Position numbers and translations under genes: made by a program. DNA of 60,994 nt, filler included, from Sphacelaria rigidula (lineage: Eukaryota), in the NCBI GenBank assembly GCA_964200075.2. It is 6 parts of 6 records of this genome, joined end to end, with 100 filler letters (N's around TTAATTAATTAA, not from the genome) between each part and the next. Parts side by side here need not be neighbours in the genome. Positions count along the whole stretch, not along the records: positions 50,914 to 60,994 come from CAXNAA020007186.1; 5 more parts are not named here. One strand, written 5' to 3'. This document shows positions 58,501 to 60,994 of the stretch, in pieces. How positions within the stretch are numbered: position 1 is the first letter of the stretch; each line of letters starts with the position of its first letter. Under the pieces are notes generated by a model. That model saw only the letters and a list, made by a program, of their open reading frames with translations. It was not told the origin of the DNA and did not search any database.

Positions 58501-60809
58501 TGTACCGGATGGAATTGAATCGGACTTCGACGGAGGGGTAGTGTAGGATAAGTACTACAGCCGTGCATCAGCATAGTTGTCATTTTTCTGCCCTGTCAAA
58601 CTTATTTTACTTCATCAAGTCGCGTTTTGGGGGTAAAAACGTGACACTAAACTGGGCGTAACACTGATCGGACAGCTCATGAGCTACAGCACCTGAATAT
58701 GGCTTCTTACTAGTGTACTGATCCGGATCATGAAGCAGCTCCCTCGCCCCGTTTTCCCACATTTGTTCCCTACAGCGCTGGACGCCCAGCATGCGGAGTA
58801 GTACCGCAAGGGTAGCGCTTTGGCTTCTCGGGCCCCTCTGTCACGTAGTGTACTTTCCTAGACAAGGGATCTCAGAGTCGTCTTCGATTAGCTATTTTCA
58901 GGGCTATACACGTTACACGTTCACGTTCACGTTACGTTCATCACGTAAAAAAATTAACGTTCACGTTACGTGAAGTGTGTCACGTAAAAAAAAAGAACGT
59001 TAACGTTAACGTTAACGTTACATTTGAAAATTTAACGTTACGTTTACGTTACGTTTCGGCCAAAACGTAACGTGAACGTAACGTGTAACGCTATGGCACT
59101 TGTAACGTGAATAGCCCTGGTTATTTTAGGTAACTCATGAGCTGTCCGACGTGTGGGTCACCGATTGGAGCAAAGAGCAAGCGGCGTACATGCTCTCATA
59201 AAAACGGAGACGAGGGATAACTGGTGTCATTTTTTGCTCAAGATGGCCAGCCACCACGTTGCAAAAAACAAACGGGGTAGGTACACAGCACGACGGCAGA
59301 TTACTGCCACCCGCGCTTCGATATATATGGTGAAGGGACTGAATGGATGGATGCCCGTCCATCTCCGTCTCACCTGCTGTGTGAGCTCCCAGCTTATGCT
59401 TCATCGGTCGCGCTGCGTTGACCTTTAGCACCTTTCCGTATAGCTCAGCTCCTTCCCGTGCGAGACAAGAGAGGGGAAGCGATGACGAGTACACACACCA
59501 GAGTTGTTGCGAAGAGGGTGAAGGCGGGGGGGGGAACAGGAGCGCTGCTACTGTATAGAGACCATGAGTCGGTGACATTTTTCGCTTGTTTGCATCGCTG
59601 TAGTTGAGCTTCTCCTCGCATCTCTCGACGTATCACGCGTGCTACCACCCTTGTTTTCAAGCCTTGAACGATACACGACTCCCACGCTTCAACCAAGGAT
59701 CCCCTGGCACAAGTCAAATACTGTGCTGTGACGTCATCCGCCCTCTCCCATTCCACACGACAGTGATTTGGATCATGACCCTGGCTCCTTCCACGAATCT
59801 CATACCTAGCTGCCCCCTTGTCCTGTAAGGGCGATGGTATTTCCAAAACTCTTCACACGATTACTGTACCAGACTCTCTCATGCCGGAGTCAGAGAAACC
59901 GACCGACGAAGCCCCTCCCACCCACCCCCACCCCCGCTCAAAAGAAACACGATTGAGAGAGGGCTGATGGATGGACGTAGCATTCCCAGCATTCGACCAC
60001 AATCAGAAGGCCGGCAACATTGAGCTGACGCCGATTCATGCGGGGGAGATCGTAGGGTGGGGTGCTGGGGGGTGTACTCATGACCTTGCATGCCGTAGTC
60101 ATAAGACCATCGACCTCGCGTAAGGTGAAGGGGGGGGGGGGCAATAATAATCTTGTATGGTAAGCTCGGTTTTGTTTTCTTCTGAAGGCGTGTGCCATGT
60201 GCCCAACAAAACAATAATTGCAGATCCCAAGGCACCCCATGTTATGGAACGAGTTTCATTTGACTCGAAAACATGGAGAAACAATTCAGTGCACAACGTT
60301 TTAGAACCCCCCCCCCGCCACACACACGCACATGTCATCTTCTCGCACAAGTCATATCCTACCAAGACTCCACCCACTCCTTTTAACCGTGTCCCGTCAG
60401 GGGGGGGAGCAATTCTCGCGCCACCGCTTTGTCTATGCCGACGGGGGCAACATTTCAACGGTTTTGCGGGCAGGTTTCAAGCGGAGGAAAATGGCAGTCT
60501 GTTGTGCGGTTATTGAAAGCAAGAATTATTAGCTTTGGTGAATATATGTATACATCTTTTACGAAAAATATTACGCCAATGGGCTTGCTTGCTACCAACC
60601 ATTAGCCCTTACAGGTTTCGCGAGTAGGGGCAGTGAAAGCGAGCGGCCTACTGACTTTTGCATGTCCGATAAACAGATAATTATTTCACCCATGCCCCTG
60701 GCTCACCATCCATGTTCTCGACCGCCGCTTTGGCATCTTCCTCCACCTCGAACTCAATGAACCCGAACCCGCGGTGCGTGTTCGCAACGTGATCTTTCGG
60801 AATATTCAC
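51964..60809 (-). CDS. RRM RNA-binding protein similar to the cyclophilin E (PPIE/Cyp33) RRM, last three exons
   Basis: Exons 60809-60707 (VNIPKDHVANTHRGFGFIEFEVEEDAKAAVENMD, RNP1 = RGFGFIEF), 59451-59374 (GAELYGKVLKVNAARPMKHKLGAHTA) and 52079-51964 (VWSADDWY...ATN stop). Phases 1/1 are compatible. The last intron is 7.3 kb. Confidence 0.85.
52101..52147. repeat. (AAAAG)n microsatellite forming the polypyrimidine tract of the RRM gene's last intron
   Basis: (CTTTT)n on the minus strand ~20 nt upstream of the acceptor at 52080. Confidence 0.9.
52481..53071. mobile_element. PIF/Harbinger (Tourist)-like MITE interrupted by a SINE
   Basis: About 44-bp TIRs GGCGGTGTCTTAGCACATTAATTTTCGATCGAAATTGTGCGGTG / CACCGCACAATTTCGATCGAAAACTTATGTGCTGAGACACCGCC. 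TAA on both sides (52478-52480, 53072-53074). Confidence 0.8.
52521..52906 (-). mobile_element. SINE family A full-length copy nested in a MITE
   Basis: A box TGGCTCAGTTG, B box GGTTCAAATC, shared body, pure (CA)n tail. Confidence 0.85.
53842..54262. mobile_element. Long near-perfect hairpin element, family H copy 2 (intronic)
   Basis: Arms of ~200 bp, GAAACAGGCAA...TTGCCTGTTTC, with a short loop at ~54045. Homologous to 32918-33329. Confidence 0.9.
55362..55808 (+). repeat. Diverged tandem duplication, 233-bp period, in a decayed GC-rich ORF
   Basis: TCAACAGCGAAG at 55409 and 55642. The translations align (RSTAKYARGGSTASRG vs RSTAKHARGESAASRG). Confidence 0.8.
58899..59119. mobile_element. 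hAT-like MITE filled with ACGTT/AACGT units
   Basis: TIRs CAGGGCTATACACGTTACA / TGTAACGTGAATAGCCCTG. 8-bp flanks GCTATTTT / GTTATTTT (one mismatch). Confidence 0.8.
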
Positions 60810-60994
60810 CTGTGTAGGGAACAACAAGCGAGCGGGAAAACCCAATCGTGAGTCAGGAGGGAAAAAAAAAACGCAAACGATCGCGAAGAGGTGGGCGAGG
60901 AACGGTACCCGTTGGCCAGCCACGGGGTGTTCGATAGAGCTCGGAAATGGGTTTGTCTAACAATTAACCAGTTGAATGGTTACGCGTAGCGCAC

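Overview
Eukaryotic, intron-rich genomic DNA, most likely a brown alga or related stramenopile (inferred from intron density, splice signals and repeat content; not proven). The window is not one locus. It is six ~10.08-kb contigs (10084, 10083, 10083, 10082, 10081, 10081 nt) joined in descending size order by artificial N44-TTAATTAATTAA-N44 linkers. Five partial multi-exon genes can be rebuilt with GT-AG sites and compatible phases: a TPR-like helical-repeat protein (+), a large low-complexity protein (-), a DGAT2-type acyltransferase (-), an NADH-cytochrome b5 reductase (-) and an RRM protein like the cyclophilin-E/PPIE RRM (-). Introns and intergenic DNA carry a tRNA-derived (CA)n-tailed SINE family, several MITE/foldback families (PIF/Harbinger-like with TAA/TTA TSDs, hAT-like with an 8-bp TSD), minisatellites and decayed transposase-like fragments. 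The best leads are a candidate minimal hammerhead ribozyme on the sense strand of a b5-reductase intron and a ~420-bp hairpin family whose two arms co-vary within each copy. I found no CRISPR array, rRNA or intact tRNA, and no clearly new multi-gene system.
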